A stretch of DNA of 34,457 nt from a virus (IMGVR_UViG_2908572912_000001:1-34457), one strand, 5' to 3'. Shown: positions 1 to 10,518, counted from the first letter of the stretch. The notes: a model not told the origin generated them from the letters alone. Program-made: numbers and translations.

Positions 1-267
1 TTACATATCATCAGCTGTGTATCGCAACACGATTTCCAGTGTTTTTCTAATCACATCAGCTTTGAGAATATCACTTGTTGTTTCCAGGGAGTGTATCAGA
101 CTTAAGATAATATTTTTATTATTAACATTATCGCCTGAAAGCATTAAATTGGTGACAGCCTGCCCTAACACTGCTGACTCTTCTTCTAACAAATTACCCG
201 AACTGCGAAAGTAACTTGCTAACGCTTTATCAGTTATTGCATTATGAATTGTAGTATCTTCAAGCAT
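1..267 (-). CDS. ariR: AriR/YmgB-like small regulator (88 aa), complete ORF with stop at bases 1-3
   Basis: 88-aa ORF recognised from memory as YmgB/AriR; lies directly downstream of ymgA on the same strand as in the ycgZ-ymgA-ariR operon. Not database-checked. Confidence 0.7.
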
Positions 268-295
268 GGTAACCTCTCATCTTACTTATGAAATT

Positions 296-568
296 TTAAT
301 GTATTCTGTTTATTTTCTTACCATTGAACATACTTTTATTGTCAGCTGTCGCTGTTCTTCGGTTTGGCCCTCCTGAATCACTATTGCTAAAATCACGAAT
401 TATGCTGTCAATTAAATCGCGTCGGAAAGCATCTTCCTCAGCCGATTTCATTACGAGTAATTGCTTAATAAGAGTCTGCAATGAAAAATTTATCTTCATG
501 CGCAGTATCTGGAGCACCGCCTGGCCAGTAATTTCATATTTTATACGTTCATTATCAGATGTCTTCAT
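296..568 (-). CDS. ymgA: YmgA-like small protein (90 aa)
   Basis: 90-aa ORF, length and sequence as remembered for YmgA; 28-bp spacing to ariR. Confidence 0.7.
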   Translation of the reverse strand: MKTSDNERIKYEITGQAVLQILRMKINFSLQTLIKQLLVMKSAEEDAFRRDLIDSIIRDFSNSDSGGPNRRTATADNKSMFNGKKINRIH

Positions 569-622
569 AACGACTTCATAGCTAACCTGTTAAATAATCA
601 GGCTGTTGCATTATTCAAAAAG

Positions 623-721
623 CAACCCAATTAGTGCATTATAATGTTTCTGTTCCTCTTCCCCAGTCGCGTGTTCCAGTCGGCAAAGAAGTTTGGCACA
701 AAGCGACTTTCGACTCAGATT
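623..721 (-). pseudogene. ycgZ: ycgZ 3' remnant (about 32 codons, ...LSRKSLCAKLLCRLEHATGEEEQKHYNALIGLLFE*), 5' part replaced by IS3
   Basis: Open frame ending just upstream of ymgA; reading frame is cut at the IS3 inverted repeat at 724. Confidence 0.45.
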
Positions 722-753
722 ACTGATCCTACCCACGTAATATGGACACAGGC

Positions 754-1620
754 CTAAGCGAGGTTCTTGTTTTCAAATTGTTCCGGACTGAGGCCGCCAC
801 ACCAACTGTGCCGCCGCCACCGATTGTAATCACATTCGATATAATTAAACACCGTTGCCCGCATTATTTCCCGGCTGATAAAGTGTTCTCCATGGATACA
901 TTCCACTTTCAGCGAATGAAAGAAGCTTTCCACGCAGGCATTATCGTAGCAGCAACCTTTTGCGCTCATACTTCCACGCAGATTATGCCGCTTCAGTTGC
1001 GCCTGATAATCTGCTGAACAGTACTGGCCTCCACGGTCCGTGTGAACGATAACGTTCCGGGGCCTCTTACGCCGCCACAGCGCCATCTGCAGGGCATCGC
1101 AGGCCAGTTGCGCCGTCATGCGTGGCGACATTGACCAGCCAATAACGGCACGTGACCACAGGTCAATGACCACTGCCAGATACAGCCAGCCTTCATCTGT
1201 ACGTAAGTACGTGATGTCTCCTGCCCACTTCTGGTTCGGGCCACTGGCGTAAAAATCCTGCTCCAACAGATTTTCTGACACAGGCAGGCCGTGTGCGCGG
1301 TAGCTGACCGGGCTGAACTTCCGGGAGGCCTTTGCCCTCAGTCCCTGACGGCGCAGGCTTGCCGCCACGGTTTTTACGTTAAAGGGGTAACCCTGAGCAC
1401 GCAGTTCATCCGTCAGGCGTGGGGCACCGTAACGCTGTTTTGACCGGGTAAAAGCCGCGAGGACAACGCTGTCGCAGTGTTGGCGGAACTGCTGACGCGT
1501 GCTTATCCTTGTCCGCCGCTGACACCACGTATACCAGCCGCTGCGGGCCACCCGGAGCACGCGGCACATTGCTTTGATGCTGAACTCAGCCTGATGTTTT
1601 TCAATAAAGACATACTTCAT
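754..1620 (-). CDS. insF: IS3 transposase OrfB (InsF), DDE integrase domain, normally expressed by -1 frameshift with OrfA
   Basis: 288-aa ORF overlapping orfA 3' end; DDE-type motifs ([22 protein letters not shown]). Confidence 0.9.
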
Positions 1621-1916
1621 TTCAGGCGCTTCGCGAAGTATGTCGCGGCCTTTTGGAGGATAGCCAGCTCTTCATCCCGTTCTGCCAGCTGGCGTTTGAG
1701 ACGTGCAATCTCGGTAGACATCTCCAGTTCACGTTCAGAAGACGTCTGCTGATTTTGCTGTTTACTGCGCCAGTTGTAGAGTTGTGATTCATACAGGCTG
1801 AGTTCACGGGCTGCGGCAGTAACACCGATGCGTTCAGCAAGCTTCAGGGCTTCACTGCGAAATTCAGGCGAATGCTGTTTACGGGGTTTTTTACTGGTTG
1901 ATACTGTTTTTGTCAT
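1617..1916 (-). CDS. insE: IS3 transposase OrfA (InsE), HTH
   Basis: [32 protein letters not shown]... ; classic IS3 OrfA. Track ORF extends to 1925 by an upstream alternative start. Confidence 0.9.
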
Positions 1917-2202
1917 GTGAGTCACCTCTGACTGAGAGTTTACTCACTTAGCCGCGTGTCCACTATTGCTGGGTAAGATCAATTTCACCTTTATCCCGCC
2001 CCTTAGACAGAATGTTATAATCTGAACCCACAACAGCGTTTGTACCGGAGCTGGTCCGTTGCAAAATGCTCACCGGGAGAATTCAGATATTCCCTCTATC
2101 ACACTCTGTACATATCACAGCCAAAGGACAGACCAGATTGAAGTGGTAAAACCGATCGTGCACACTACGCAGTCTCACAACTAACAAGAGGTTATTATCC
2201 TG

Positions 2203-2607
2203 ATGGATCAGGTCGTTGTTTTTCAAAAGATGTTTGAGCAAGTGAGAAAAGAGCAAAACTTCTCCTGGTTTTATTCAGAATTAAAACATCACCGTATTGC
2301 ACATTACATTTATTATCTGGCTACGGATAACATCAGAATTATTACTCACGATGATACGGTTTTGTTATTAAGAGGAACCAGGAACCTGTTAAAAGTTAGT
2401 ACGACCAAGAACCCTGCTAAAATAAAAGAGGCCGCATTGCTTCATATTTGCGGAAAATCTACATTTCGGGAATACTGTTCAACACTGGCAGGCGCGGGCG
2501 TTTTCCGGTGGGTTACTGATGTTAATCATAACAAACGCAGTTACTACGCCATTGATAATACGCTTTTATATATTGAAGATGTAGAAAATAATAAACCATT
2601 AATCTAG
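2203..2607 (+). CDS. ycgX: YcgX-like protein (134 aa)
   Basis: 134-aa ORF; assignment from remembered K-12 synteny (ycgX next to iraM) and length. Low certainty on the name. Confidence 0.5.
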   Translation: MDQVVVFQKMFEQVRKEQNFSWFYSELKHHRIAHYIYYLATDNIRIITHDDTVLLLRGTRNLLKVSTTKNPAKIKEAALLHICGKSTFREYCSTLAGAGVFRWVTDVNHNKRSYYAIDNTLLYIEDVENNKPLI

Positions 2608-2809
2608 CTAAAGTTGGATACTTAAGAAATGCTTCATAATTCAGTAAGGCATTAGCATAATGGAAATAAAAGTGCAGAGACTATCTCTATGGATGATTAA
2701 TACTGTCTTTTTATTGTCACCCATAAATAATCACCAGACTAATACTATCAACTTGATATTTGAAATGTGATCACTTGACTTTTGATACGTTATTTTATAA
2801 CGGTTAACA

Positions 2810-2846
2810 TATTTATAAAAACAACGGCCGTGCCACACGTCCGTTT
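2810..2846. terminator. Diverged copy of the icd 3'-flank hairpin/terminator (aaaacaacggccgtgccacacgtccgtttcaatacttaac)
   Basis: About 45 bp alignable with 3681-3725, with compensatory changes in the hairpin stem. Confidence 0.4.
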
Positions 2847-3306
2847 CAATACTTAACGCACATGTATTTTGGTTTAGTCATCATCCGGTTATATGTATTT
2901 TAGCCAGGAACAGGTTAAATCATTCCTATATAACTCAAAAATTGAAACCTTATTCTCATGTCATGCTTATATTCATTATTATCGTTATATAAAAAGGCAA
3001 CCATAATATTTAGCAAATTGGCACAAAGTAGCATAAAGGCTATGTTTTAATTACAGGATGTTCAGTCATTTGAATGTATAACATTATAGCTAAACAAATC
3101 TAAAACGAAGTCAATAATTTATTGCTTTCACAAAATCTCATTTTGTTTAACATCCATTGAGATTCCTTGCTTTAAATTTTATTTTATATAAGCCATCATT
3201 TTAATTAATTTATTTTTTTGAGGGGGGGGTAATATACTCATATGCAAAATCAAGAAATAAACATCCTAATGAACCATATTAAATACCGTGGGATAAGACA
3301 TAACAA

Positions 3307-3630
3307 ATGAAGTGGATAGTAATTGACACGGTAATTCAACCTACATGTGGTATATCTTTTTCAGCCATATGGGGTAATATGAAAATGATCATCTGGTATC
3401 AATCTACTATATTTCTCCCTCCTGGCAGTATATTTACACCGGTTAAGTCTGGTATTATCCTTAAGGATAAAGAATATCCTATTACTATTTATCACATCGC
3501 ACCATTCAACAAGGATTTATGGAGTTTACTCAAAAGCAGTCAAGAGTGTCCTCCAGGAGAAAGCAAAATAACAAATAAATGTTTACATAATAGTTGCATT
3601 ATAAAAATATGCCCATATGGGCTCAAGTAA
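3307..3630 (+). CDS. iraM: IraM-like anti-adaptor protein (107 aa)
   Basis: 107-aa AT-rich ORF adjacent to icdC, as in K-12 (iraM/ycgW next to the icd pseudo-3'-end); sequence recognised from memory. Confidence 0.65.
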   Translation: MKWIVIDTVIQPTCGISFSAIWGNMKMIIWYQSTIFLPPGSIFTPVKSGIILKDKEYPITIYHIAPFNKDLWSLLKSSQECPPGESKITNKCLHNSCIIKICPYGLK

Positions 3631-3671
3631 TGGGCTTCATATAAATATGCTCGATATGCTATTAATAATAT

Positions 3672-3710
3672 CCACATAAATAAAACAACGGGCGTGTTAT
3701 ACGCCCGTTT
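3672..3710 (-). terminator. icd rho-independent terminator (hairpin aacgggcgtataacacgcccgtt followed by a T-run on the minus strand); also placed to stop iraM
   Basis: GC hairpin plus T-run immediately after the icd stop codon. Confidence 0.6.
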
Positions 3711-3732
3711 CAATATTTAACACATGGAGAGA

Positions 3733-3900
3733 TTACATGTTTTCGATGATCGCTTCACCAAACTCTGAACATTTCAGCAGCTTAGCGCCTTCCATCAGAC
3801 GTTCGAAGTCATAAGTTACGGTCTTGGCATTGATTGCGCCTTCCATACCTTTAACAATCAGGTCAGCCGCTTCAGTCCAACCCATATGGCGCAGCAGTAT
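3733..3900 (-). pseudogene. icdC: Displaced 3' end of icd (isocitrate dehydrogenase), last 55 codons only = icdC-type prophage junction
   Basis: Translation [55 protein letters not shown] equals the Icd C-terminus; similarity stops abruptly at 3900. Confidence 0.9.
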
Positions 3901-4596
3901 ATAAAAACATTAAGTTCAAGTCATTGATATTTAATGATAAAAAATATTTTATTGTTTTTTTATTAGCCAAAATCAACTTTATTCAACCGTTTGATTTCAT
4001 TGACGTTCGTTTTTATTTTGGGGAAAGGTTTTCTCTACCATTTATATCCAAATTACAAGTCTACATTTTATTAACACCTCAATACATGTGAGGCCTTGCA
4101 GACCTTTGTGAGACCTTATGTGTCTCTGTTTTGTCCCAACTTATGTTAAGAGGCACATAATTAAAAATAAGATAACGATGCCGCCAATCAGTGCAAAACC
4201 TTGTTTACTCCACGACTGTCTGCCCCATTATCTGCATACATAATTATCTTCCATAACTGAGATAAATGTCGGTTATGAGCGAACAACAGACGTTTAGTTT
4301 ATGATGACTGTATCTATACATTAAACATAACATCCATTACCGGCACCGCTTATTAATTGCTATCTGATATTGTCACTAAAAAATAGGCATTCCCCGATAT
4401 AATAATTACAAAGAAGCTTTTGGTGCTGGCAATCGGTATACCTAATAGTGGACTGCGACTTTCCGGGCTCGACAAGGATATATCAATGTATGAGCAGGAA
4501 AATTAGACCGTGGTGCGTCATATGATGACTAAGCACGGATAACAGCTACTTAATTGAAACTATTGATTATATTACAGCCAGTGCCTTATAGGATGG

Positions 4597-5718
4597 TTAG
4601 TCATCAACCGCGACTCCTGCACAATCATGGGCTATTGCCAGCAATTGTTTTTTAATTGCTTTAGCATCTACCGTCATATCTACTGTAGCAAAATGGATCT
4701 TATGTCCCTGAGTGACAACATACTCATTAAGCATATAGCCAACAGCTGGATGAAGTAGAAGACCAGCGGCATTGAGCGAAAGCGGATCCGTCTTGTTCTC
4801 CTGTGTTCTAAGGTAGGTATATAGCTGATAAATATAGCCATTACGTAGTGATTGCTCCCGATGCCAACCCTTTGTCAGAATCGAATTAAATTTGGTATCG
4901 ATAATAATACGCCGCTGGGCAGTCTTGTGTTCCAGAATAATGTCTGACTTCATTGTCGGGAAAATCTCTGCACTACCTGCACTTTGATCGCTCAACGCCC
5001 ATTTCAGCTCTTTCCCTGCAGAGACCTGCCAAGTTGTTTTGGCAAGGTGTACACGATATAAGCCAGCGATACCTTTTTCAAATAGTCTTCTCATCCAGTA
5101 AAGGTTATTTGAGGGCGCAGGTAAAAGATATTGGCCTTGATCTTCGGTCGGCATCAGCAGTTCAAAAGCTAATCGTGCGGCATCGACCATCGGTTTATCT
5201 GCGGCATCATGGCGTCCAAAACGCCACACTGAGGGTAATTCGTGGGGGGCAGGATATCCTCCATTTATCCCCTCACGGCGAAGTGATATTGCCATAAAAT
5301 GGCAATCTGCCGCCAAAGACGGTTTCACTATGATTGAGGCCAGACGTTCTAACGCACAGCGAACATAGCGATTTCGGGGGGTGTTGAGGGTTATGTCTTG
5401 AAAATGGCAGGCAACCTGTCCCCGTTCCAGTAGTTGATGACTGGCAGTATACAGTATGTCAATGCGCCCTCTCACCCGGTTCAGGGCCGCATGACAAGTT
5501 TGGTATCCCATATTTAAATTGCGACGTCGGCGCAGCGTAATCTCATGAAGGAGGATTGTCGCCACCAGGTCGGGGATTTCTGCTGGGTTATCTTCTACTG
5601 CGATCTGATTGCGCCCTAACTGACGAAACAGATCTGAAGCGTACAGCATCAGCATCCAGATATTTCGCATGGGAATACGTGATGCTGTATGTTGCTCACT
5701 CCCGGTTATTGTCGTCAT
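4597..5718 (-). CDS. mcrC: McrC-like endonuclease subunit (PD-(D/E)xK) of a McrBC-type modification-dependent restriction system
   Basis: N-terminal IPMRNIWMLMLYA resembles McrC IPVRNIYYMLTYAW; C-terminal IIIDTKF...NGYIYQLYTYL matches the McrC nuclease motif (VDAKY...NLYQLMNYL). 4-bp overlap with upstream mcrB-like gene. Confidence 0.8.
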   Translation of the reverse strand: MTTITGSEQHTASRIPMRNIWMLMLYASDLFRQLGRNQIAVEDNPAEIPDLVATILLHEITLRRRRNLNMGYQTCHAALNRVRGRIDILYTASHQLLERGQVACHFQDITLNTPRNRYVRCALERLASIIVKPSLAADCHFMAISLRREGINGGYPAPHELPSVWRFGRHDAADKPMVDAARLAFELLMPTEDQGQYLLPAPSNNLYWMRRLFEKGIAGLYRVHLAKTTWQVSAGKELKWALSDQSAGSAEIFPTMKSDIILEHKTAQRRIIIDTKFNSILTKGWHREQSLRNGYIYQLYTYLRTQENKTDPLSLNAAGLLLHPAVGYMLNEYVVTQGHKIHFATVDMTVDAKAIKKQLLAIAHDCAGVAVDD

Positions 5719-7697
5719 TTTGCTAATAACACTTTTCTGGCTTCATCGACTTTATTTGGAGCATCGAACCAATATTCGGCGAGCAAAGGGCAGATCTCTG
5801 TATCAACGACTTGTTCATACCAAGCCTGGGCATCGTTGATTTTTTGGCCGATAGCTGGGGTGACATAGCTGTGACCGATACAAAACTGTGGTCCTAAGGT
5901 AACATCTTTTGCCAGCATATCGTTAAGTACCGTCAGTCGAGATTTGATGAATGCTAACATGTCAAAATCAATTGCGTAATTATAATTTACCCAGTTTCTC
6001 CACGCGTCATTAAAAGCTGGCTTTAGATCGATAAACGCGAAACGACGGCGCAGCGCTAGGTCAAGTAGTGCGAGTGAGCGGTCTGCAATATTCATCGTAC
6101 CGATGATATATAGATTCTCAGGAATGTATATTTTTTCATCATCATTTTTAGGATAGGAAAGAGATAATGCCTCAGTCGGCGTGCGTTTATCTGCTTCCAT
6201 CAACGTGAGTGTTTCACCGAAGATTTGCGCCGGATTGCCACGATTAATCTCTTCAATTATCACCACATATTTCGAGGTAGGATTATTGACTGCAGTTTTG
6301 ATTGCATTTACAAAAGGTCCATCAATTAGCGTCAATTGCCCTTCTTTACCTGGACGCCAGCCGCGAATAAAGTCTTCGTAAGAGAGGTTCGGGTGAAATT
6401 GCACCGCGCTAATACGCTCAGGTGCTTTTTCTCCCATCAAGCAGTACGCCAGACGTCGCGCTAACCAGGTTTTTCCAGTTCCGGGTGGTCCTTGTAATAT
6501 CAGGTTTTTCTTGTCGATCAGGCGCTGAAGTGTGAGTTGGATCTTAGCCTCTTCCAAGAAACAGCCATCCTGCACCAGATGACTGATGTCATAAGGAACG
6601 TGAGTGAGTTTTGGCAACGGCGCACTCTCTTCGACAGTTTCCTCAGTTATCGTCTGGGATTCGTTTTTCTCAAAATTCAGGTATTCATAATTTCCGGACT
6701 CAAGGGACTTTAACTCATCATCATTGCATAGTTTCTGTAGATAAAAGTAGATTGAGCTTGTAACTGTTTTGCTCTCAGGATGCTCTACCTTGAATACGTC
6801 CAAGTAGTTTTCTTCCAACTCCGAAGCAGTGAAATAAGGGCCATTTTTTTTCAGGCATAACGCCTTAATTTTATTCAGTAAAGAGGCTTTCCACGTTCTA
6901 TTTGCCACCTCATCTTTAGACTGGCTAAGATCTGTATTCCACGCTGATAAAGAAAGTTCTGGGAAAGAATGAACCGGATAGTTTGGTTGGGTAAAGACCT
7001 CGTTCAGCGCCCGCATAAGACTCAGGTAACTTTGTCCACTACAGCGACCTTTTGCCCCGTTTTTAATGATCTTAATGTTTAACACTGTCTGAATGTAATA
7101 CTGCGACTGGCTATCTAAAGTAGGGTAGAACCAAGGACGGGTCCAGTACAACCCCATGGTGAGATTCCAACCGACATTCATTACTGTAGAAGCGATGTCA
7201 TATGCGGCAGTGAAGTCTGCAGAGTTAGTATTCTGGTTATCCGCAAAGGTCATTGCCTGCGAGAACATTTCCCACAAGCATTCAATGTCATTAGGGTCGC
7301 GTGACTTTTCATAACCAAAGAACCAAGATTTTTGGTTATTCAACAGCGGGATTCCGGCAAAGGAGTCAGGAATCGGTTCGTTCACGCCCAACAAATTCGC
7401 TAGCTTGGCAGCAATAATTTTGCGATTGCTGTCGGTCAAGTTACGATTGAACAAGCCCATAGTAGTAAACGGACAAATGTCTTTTAAGGGAAAGATCTCT
7501 CCCATAATAGATTTGTCCTGCAGATGGGACATTCCTTCCACACCTGAGGCAATTAGATGAATACCTTTGACTAATTCATCTCTACGATTTCGCCAAGTCA
7601 GTAACGCGTTGGCAAAAGCCTCATAAAAACTAGCCCAAGCAAATTTGCCATCATGTTCTGCTGTATCCACGGGAACTCCATTATACTTGTTGAGCAA
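5715..7697 (-). CDS. mcrB: McrB-like AAA+ GTPase (C-terminal 270 aa) with a long, unrecognised N-terminal domain of about 390 aa
   Basis: C-terminal LILQGPPGTGKTWLARRLAYCL, VVIIEEINRGN, YIIGTMNIADRSLALLDLALRRRF align with EcoK McrB GTPase motifs; N-terminal region has no similarity I recognise. Confidence 0.8.
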   Translation of the reverse strand: MLNKYNGVPVDTAEHDGKFAWASFYEAFANALLTWRNRRDELVKGIHLIASGVEGMSHLQDKSIMGEIFPLKDICPFTTMGLFNRNLTDSNRKIIAAKLANLLGVNEPIPDSFAGIPLLNNQKSWFFGYEKSRDPNDIECLWEMFSQAMTFADNQNTNSADFTAAYDIASTVMNVGWNLTMGLYWTRPWFYPTLDSQSQYYIQTVLNIKIIKNGAKGRCSGQSYLSLMRALNEVFTQPNYPVHSFPELSLSAWNTDLSQSKDEVANRTWKASLLNKIKALCLKKNGPYFTASELEENYLDVFKVEHPESKTVTSSIYFYLQKLCNDDELKSLESGNYEYLNFEKNESQTITEETVEESAPLPKLTHVPYDISHLVQDGCFLEEAKIQLTLQRLIDKKNLILQGPPGTGKTWLARRLAYCLMGEKAPERISAVQFHPNLSYEDFIRGWRPGKEGQLTLIDGPFVNAIKTAVNNPTSKYVVIIEEINRGNPAQIFGETLTLMEADKRTPTEALSLSYPKNDDEKIYIPENLYIIGTMNIADRSLALLDLALRRRFAFIDLKPAFNDAWRNWVNYNYAIDFDMLAFIKSRLTVLNDMLAKDVTLGPQFCIGHSYVTPAIGQKINDAQAWYEQVVDTEICPLLAEYWFDAPNKVDEARKVLLAK

Positions 7698-8039
7698 TGA
7701 TAATTTATCTGTGTGAGTTTTAACATATTACTATCAGTTATAGAAAAATTTAACTACCCGATACAGAGAGCGGCATGCTGAATTTGACCTGACTTGCTTC
7801 CAACCAATTAAAATCAACTTATTTATCAATTGGTTATTTTGGCGCATAGCGGTCATCAAGGGAATATCGCGTTGTCATAAGGTGTCGAGGCTCGGAGGTT
7901 CAAATCCTCTCATGCAAAAAATAAATAAAATTAATGACGGTTGGAAATTATTCAATACATACACTCTCGAAAGTGCATCAACCAACCGCAGCACGTCTTG
8001 CATACGGCGTGTCTGCAGTTTTATATAATCCTGGCTGGA

Positions 8040-8262
8040 AACCTCTTATACAAAGTCGATACACCAATATCATAGATGATCGCCACCTTCTGACGCGGGA
8101 CTTTTGATGCAATTAATCGCCCGGCCTGCGCCCATTGTTCTGATGTAAGTTTAGGACGACGTCCACCAATTCCTCCCTGTGCGCGAGCATCTTCCAGTCC
8201 AACTTTTGTTCAGTCATCAATCAGTTCACGCTTCATTTCAACCAGGGCTCCATCACATGGAA
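8040..8262 (-). pseudogene. pin: pin-type DNA invertase (serine recombinase) 3' fragment with internal stop
   Basis: Minus-strand translation ...GALVEMKRELIDD* then ...GLEDARAQGGIGGRRPKLTSEQWAQAGRLIA..PRQKVAIIYDIGVSTLYKRFPA matches the Hin/Gin/Pin C-terminal HTH region; N-terminal catalytic domain absent. Confidence 0.6.
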
Positions 8263-8737
8263 AAATAAAAAAAAACCATCGATGTTGACGTGTCAATGTT
8301 ACCTGTCAGGCTACGGAAATCCCCCCCCTTACCCGCAGCTACTCGGTAAGTATAATAAGATGTTTCCTGCTCCTTCCTAACCTGTCCAGTTTCCAGACAA
8401 TTAAAGTATCACCTTATATAAGAGACTGCAGAGCGCACTTTAACCTAGGTCGTTCTGAAATAGTTGCAGATTCGATTAATCAACGATTATACTCCCCGGC
8501 ACTCCAGAGGATCTGGTAAACATAAAGTCAGAGCTTGGGTATACTGGCACACAAATGGCAGATCTTGCAGGTGCAGCCAGTCATAGCCAGTGGCGAAAAT
8601 ACACGAGTGGTTCTGAGCCCCGCGCCATGTCATCACATATCTTGTTTTTTTATTGCTACCAATCTGACTTTGAGTACTAATGAGCTAGATAGAATTGTTT
8701 GTAAAATAAAAAAAATTGGAACAGTGATTATATAAAA

Positions 8738-9826
8738 ATGAAGAAGGTAAAATCAATTCACTATTTGCGAGGTGTAGCAGCATTACTCGTTGTTGCATAT
8801 CACAATAAACAATACCTAAATGAAGTTTACGCACAAAAAGATCTAGGTGATTTATTGTTTATTAGTGGTGGTTTTGGGGTTGATCTGTTTTTTATTATAA
8901 GTGGATTTATAATAATGTTATCGAGTCAAAAAAAAGAAACAAATTCCCCTATTAACTTTATGACCAGGCGTTTTTTCAGGATTTACCCTGTATTTTTCAT
9001 TTGCACAATCTTATTCTTTTTATTGAACCCAGTCTTCACCGAAAGTGAATTATTGCGTTCATTGTTTCTGCTTCACCTGGACTATTATTCAGAAGCGCCA
9101 TTCTTCGGATACAACGTGCTTTATCCAGCATGGACATTAACCTTTGAAGTCTATTTTTATTTCATTTTTATGCTTGCAATATCGCTGAGTCATAAAAACA
9201 GATTATTAATATCAGTTATTGCATTGATAGTCCCGCTACTTCTCATACAGTTGAAATTTTCCAACAGCCTTTCTCTATCAAGTAAGTTTACGATTGGTGA
9301 TACAGGTCATTGGCATATTGGCTTTCTAAACTTAATGTCATCACCCATGCTGTTAGAATTCGTTTATGGGATGTTTCTGTATATAATACACAGAAAATTT
9401 AAATATATAAAAAACGCAAAGGCGATATCATTCCTTTTGGTTTCATTTGGTGTTTGCTCATATTTTTATCAATTCAGATTTGGTCATGGCCCTTTAAACT
9501 TCGGATTGTGGGCAGCCTCCATAATTACGGGAGTTTTACTTTATGAAGTTAACTTCGGATTAAGGGAAAATAAAATACTCAGTAAGCTAGGTGATATCTC
9601 TTACTCTCTGTATTTATCCCATGCGATAGTAATGCTATTTTTAATTAATTTTAAGGATTTCATTCCGCTTTATGAAAAACCTGGGTTCTCTAAGTTTTCA
9701 TTCATTATTGCTCTTAGCTTGTTCTTATCATTCTTTATTTATAAATATATTGAAACTCCATTCATTAATATCGGAAAAACAATATCCAAAAGACTTTCAA
9801 AACCAACATTAACTTATAGCGAATAG
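8738..9826 (+). CDS. Acyltransferase family 3 integral membrane protein (OafA/Oac-like O-acyltransferase), AT-rich cargo gene
   Basis: 362 aa, about 10 hydrophobic segments, N-terminal YLRGVAALLVVAYH and FFIISGF motifs typical of acyltransferase-3; very low GC relative to neighbours. Confidence 0.75.
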   Translation: MKKVKSIHYLRGVAALLVVAYHNKQYLNEVYAQKDLGDLLFISGGFGVDLFFIISGFIIMLSSQKKETNSPINFMTRRFFRIYPVFFICTILFFLLNPVFTESELLRSLFLLHLDYYSEAPFFGYNVLYPAWTLTFEVYFYFIFMLAISLSHKNRLLISVIALIVPLLLIQLKFSNSLSLSSKFTIGDTGHWHIGFLNLMSSPMLLEFVYGMFLYIIHRKFKYIKNAKAISFLLVSFGVCSYFYQFRFGHGPLNFGLWAASIITGVLLYEVNFGLRENKILSKLGDISYSLYLSHAIVMLFLINFKDFIPLYEKPGFSKFSFIIALSLFLSFFIYKYIETPFINIGKTISKRLSKPTLTYSE

Positions 9827-10130
9827 TACTCACAAGAGCAAGTGGCGCAATAGTAAAAATCTGTTGCGCCCACATTATAAATCGCTCTCCAATAGCAAAG
9901 TATCTTAGTGACTAAGCATTACCTAAGTTATCACTATAAACACAAAATACTACGCGGAGCGGAATAGTGCTCTCCTTTTGACCAGCTATTGCATGGTAAA
10001 TAGTGGGGCTGTTTTTCTATTTGACCGAGCTGTATCTGCCCCTCGATATGTTGCCCTCACGCAATATTCCAAATGTCAGTAAAACGGCAGGTGTAGCGGT
10101 ATTATGCGCAGCTATTTAGGAGTTGCTGGG

Positions 10131-10463
10131 CTATCGCTTCGAAGGTGGAGGCCAGACGGGGTTTACTGTATCAACACGGTTCAGCAATACCCGATATGTT
10201 TTCCATGCGGCCAGAAACGCTTTCTCTTCCTCCGTTGCGATCTCCAGCTCAGCAACAGTCTGAACGTACCAGGAACAGCCTCCTTCAGGGCTTGAAGGAT
10301 ATTTCACGTTAATCCCGTTAAGATCATCGCTGCCGGGAACGTTCGTCGAGGCATGAAGATACCCCGCGCTCAGCGTGGACTGATGTTCAGACGCCCATGC
10401 AGGCGCACCGGATACGACCAGACAGATGGCTGCGGACAAAATGGCTGCACAAACTTTACGCAT
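10131..10463 (-). pseudogene. lom: lom outer-membrane protein gene, frameshifted after about 55 codons
   Basis: [55 protein letters not shown] matches lambda Lom N-terminus, then diverges into an unrelated frame. Confidence 0.7.
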
Positions 10464-10486
10464 AATTACCTCTCGCTTTTCTGCAA

Positions 10487-10518
10487 TAAAAAAGGCGTCA
10501 TTCCTGACGCCCTTTATT
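10487..10518. terminator. Bidirectional hairpin terminator between J and lom (ggcgtca ttcc tgacgcc flanked by A-run and T-run)
   Basis: Perfect 7-bp stem with A/T runs on both sides. Confidence 0.5.

Larger units (their letters stand above)
724..1981 (-). mobile_element. IS3 insertion sequence, complete 1258 bp, no flanking direct repeat
   Basis: Terminal inverted repeats TGATCCTACCCACGTAATATGGACAC (724-) and GTGTCCACTATTGCTGGGTAAGATCA (-1981) match IS3 ends as remembered; contains orfA and orfB. Flanks are tac and att, so no 3-bp duplication. Confidence 0.9.

Noticed and set aside
3900-4597. 700-bp AT-rich gap between icdC and mcrC-like gene examined for small ORFs or ncRNA
   Set aside because: Only very short ORFs (14-21 codons) without ribosome-binding sites and a few minor hairpins; nothing supportable.
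7868-7905. tRNA-like T-arm (ggaggttcaaatcctct) suggesting a tRNA fragment
   Set aside because: No acceptor/anticodon arms could be built around it; isolated GGTTCAAATCC-like motif only.
7790-8060. Possible hix/gix-type inversion crossover sites near the pin remnant (aaccaattaaaatcaacttatttatcaattggtt; ggaaacctcttataca)
   Set aside because: Matches to the 26-bp Gin/Hin/Pin site consensus are weak and the recombinase is truncated; mentioned only as something to check.
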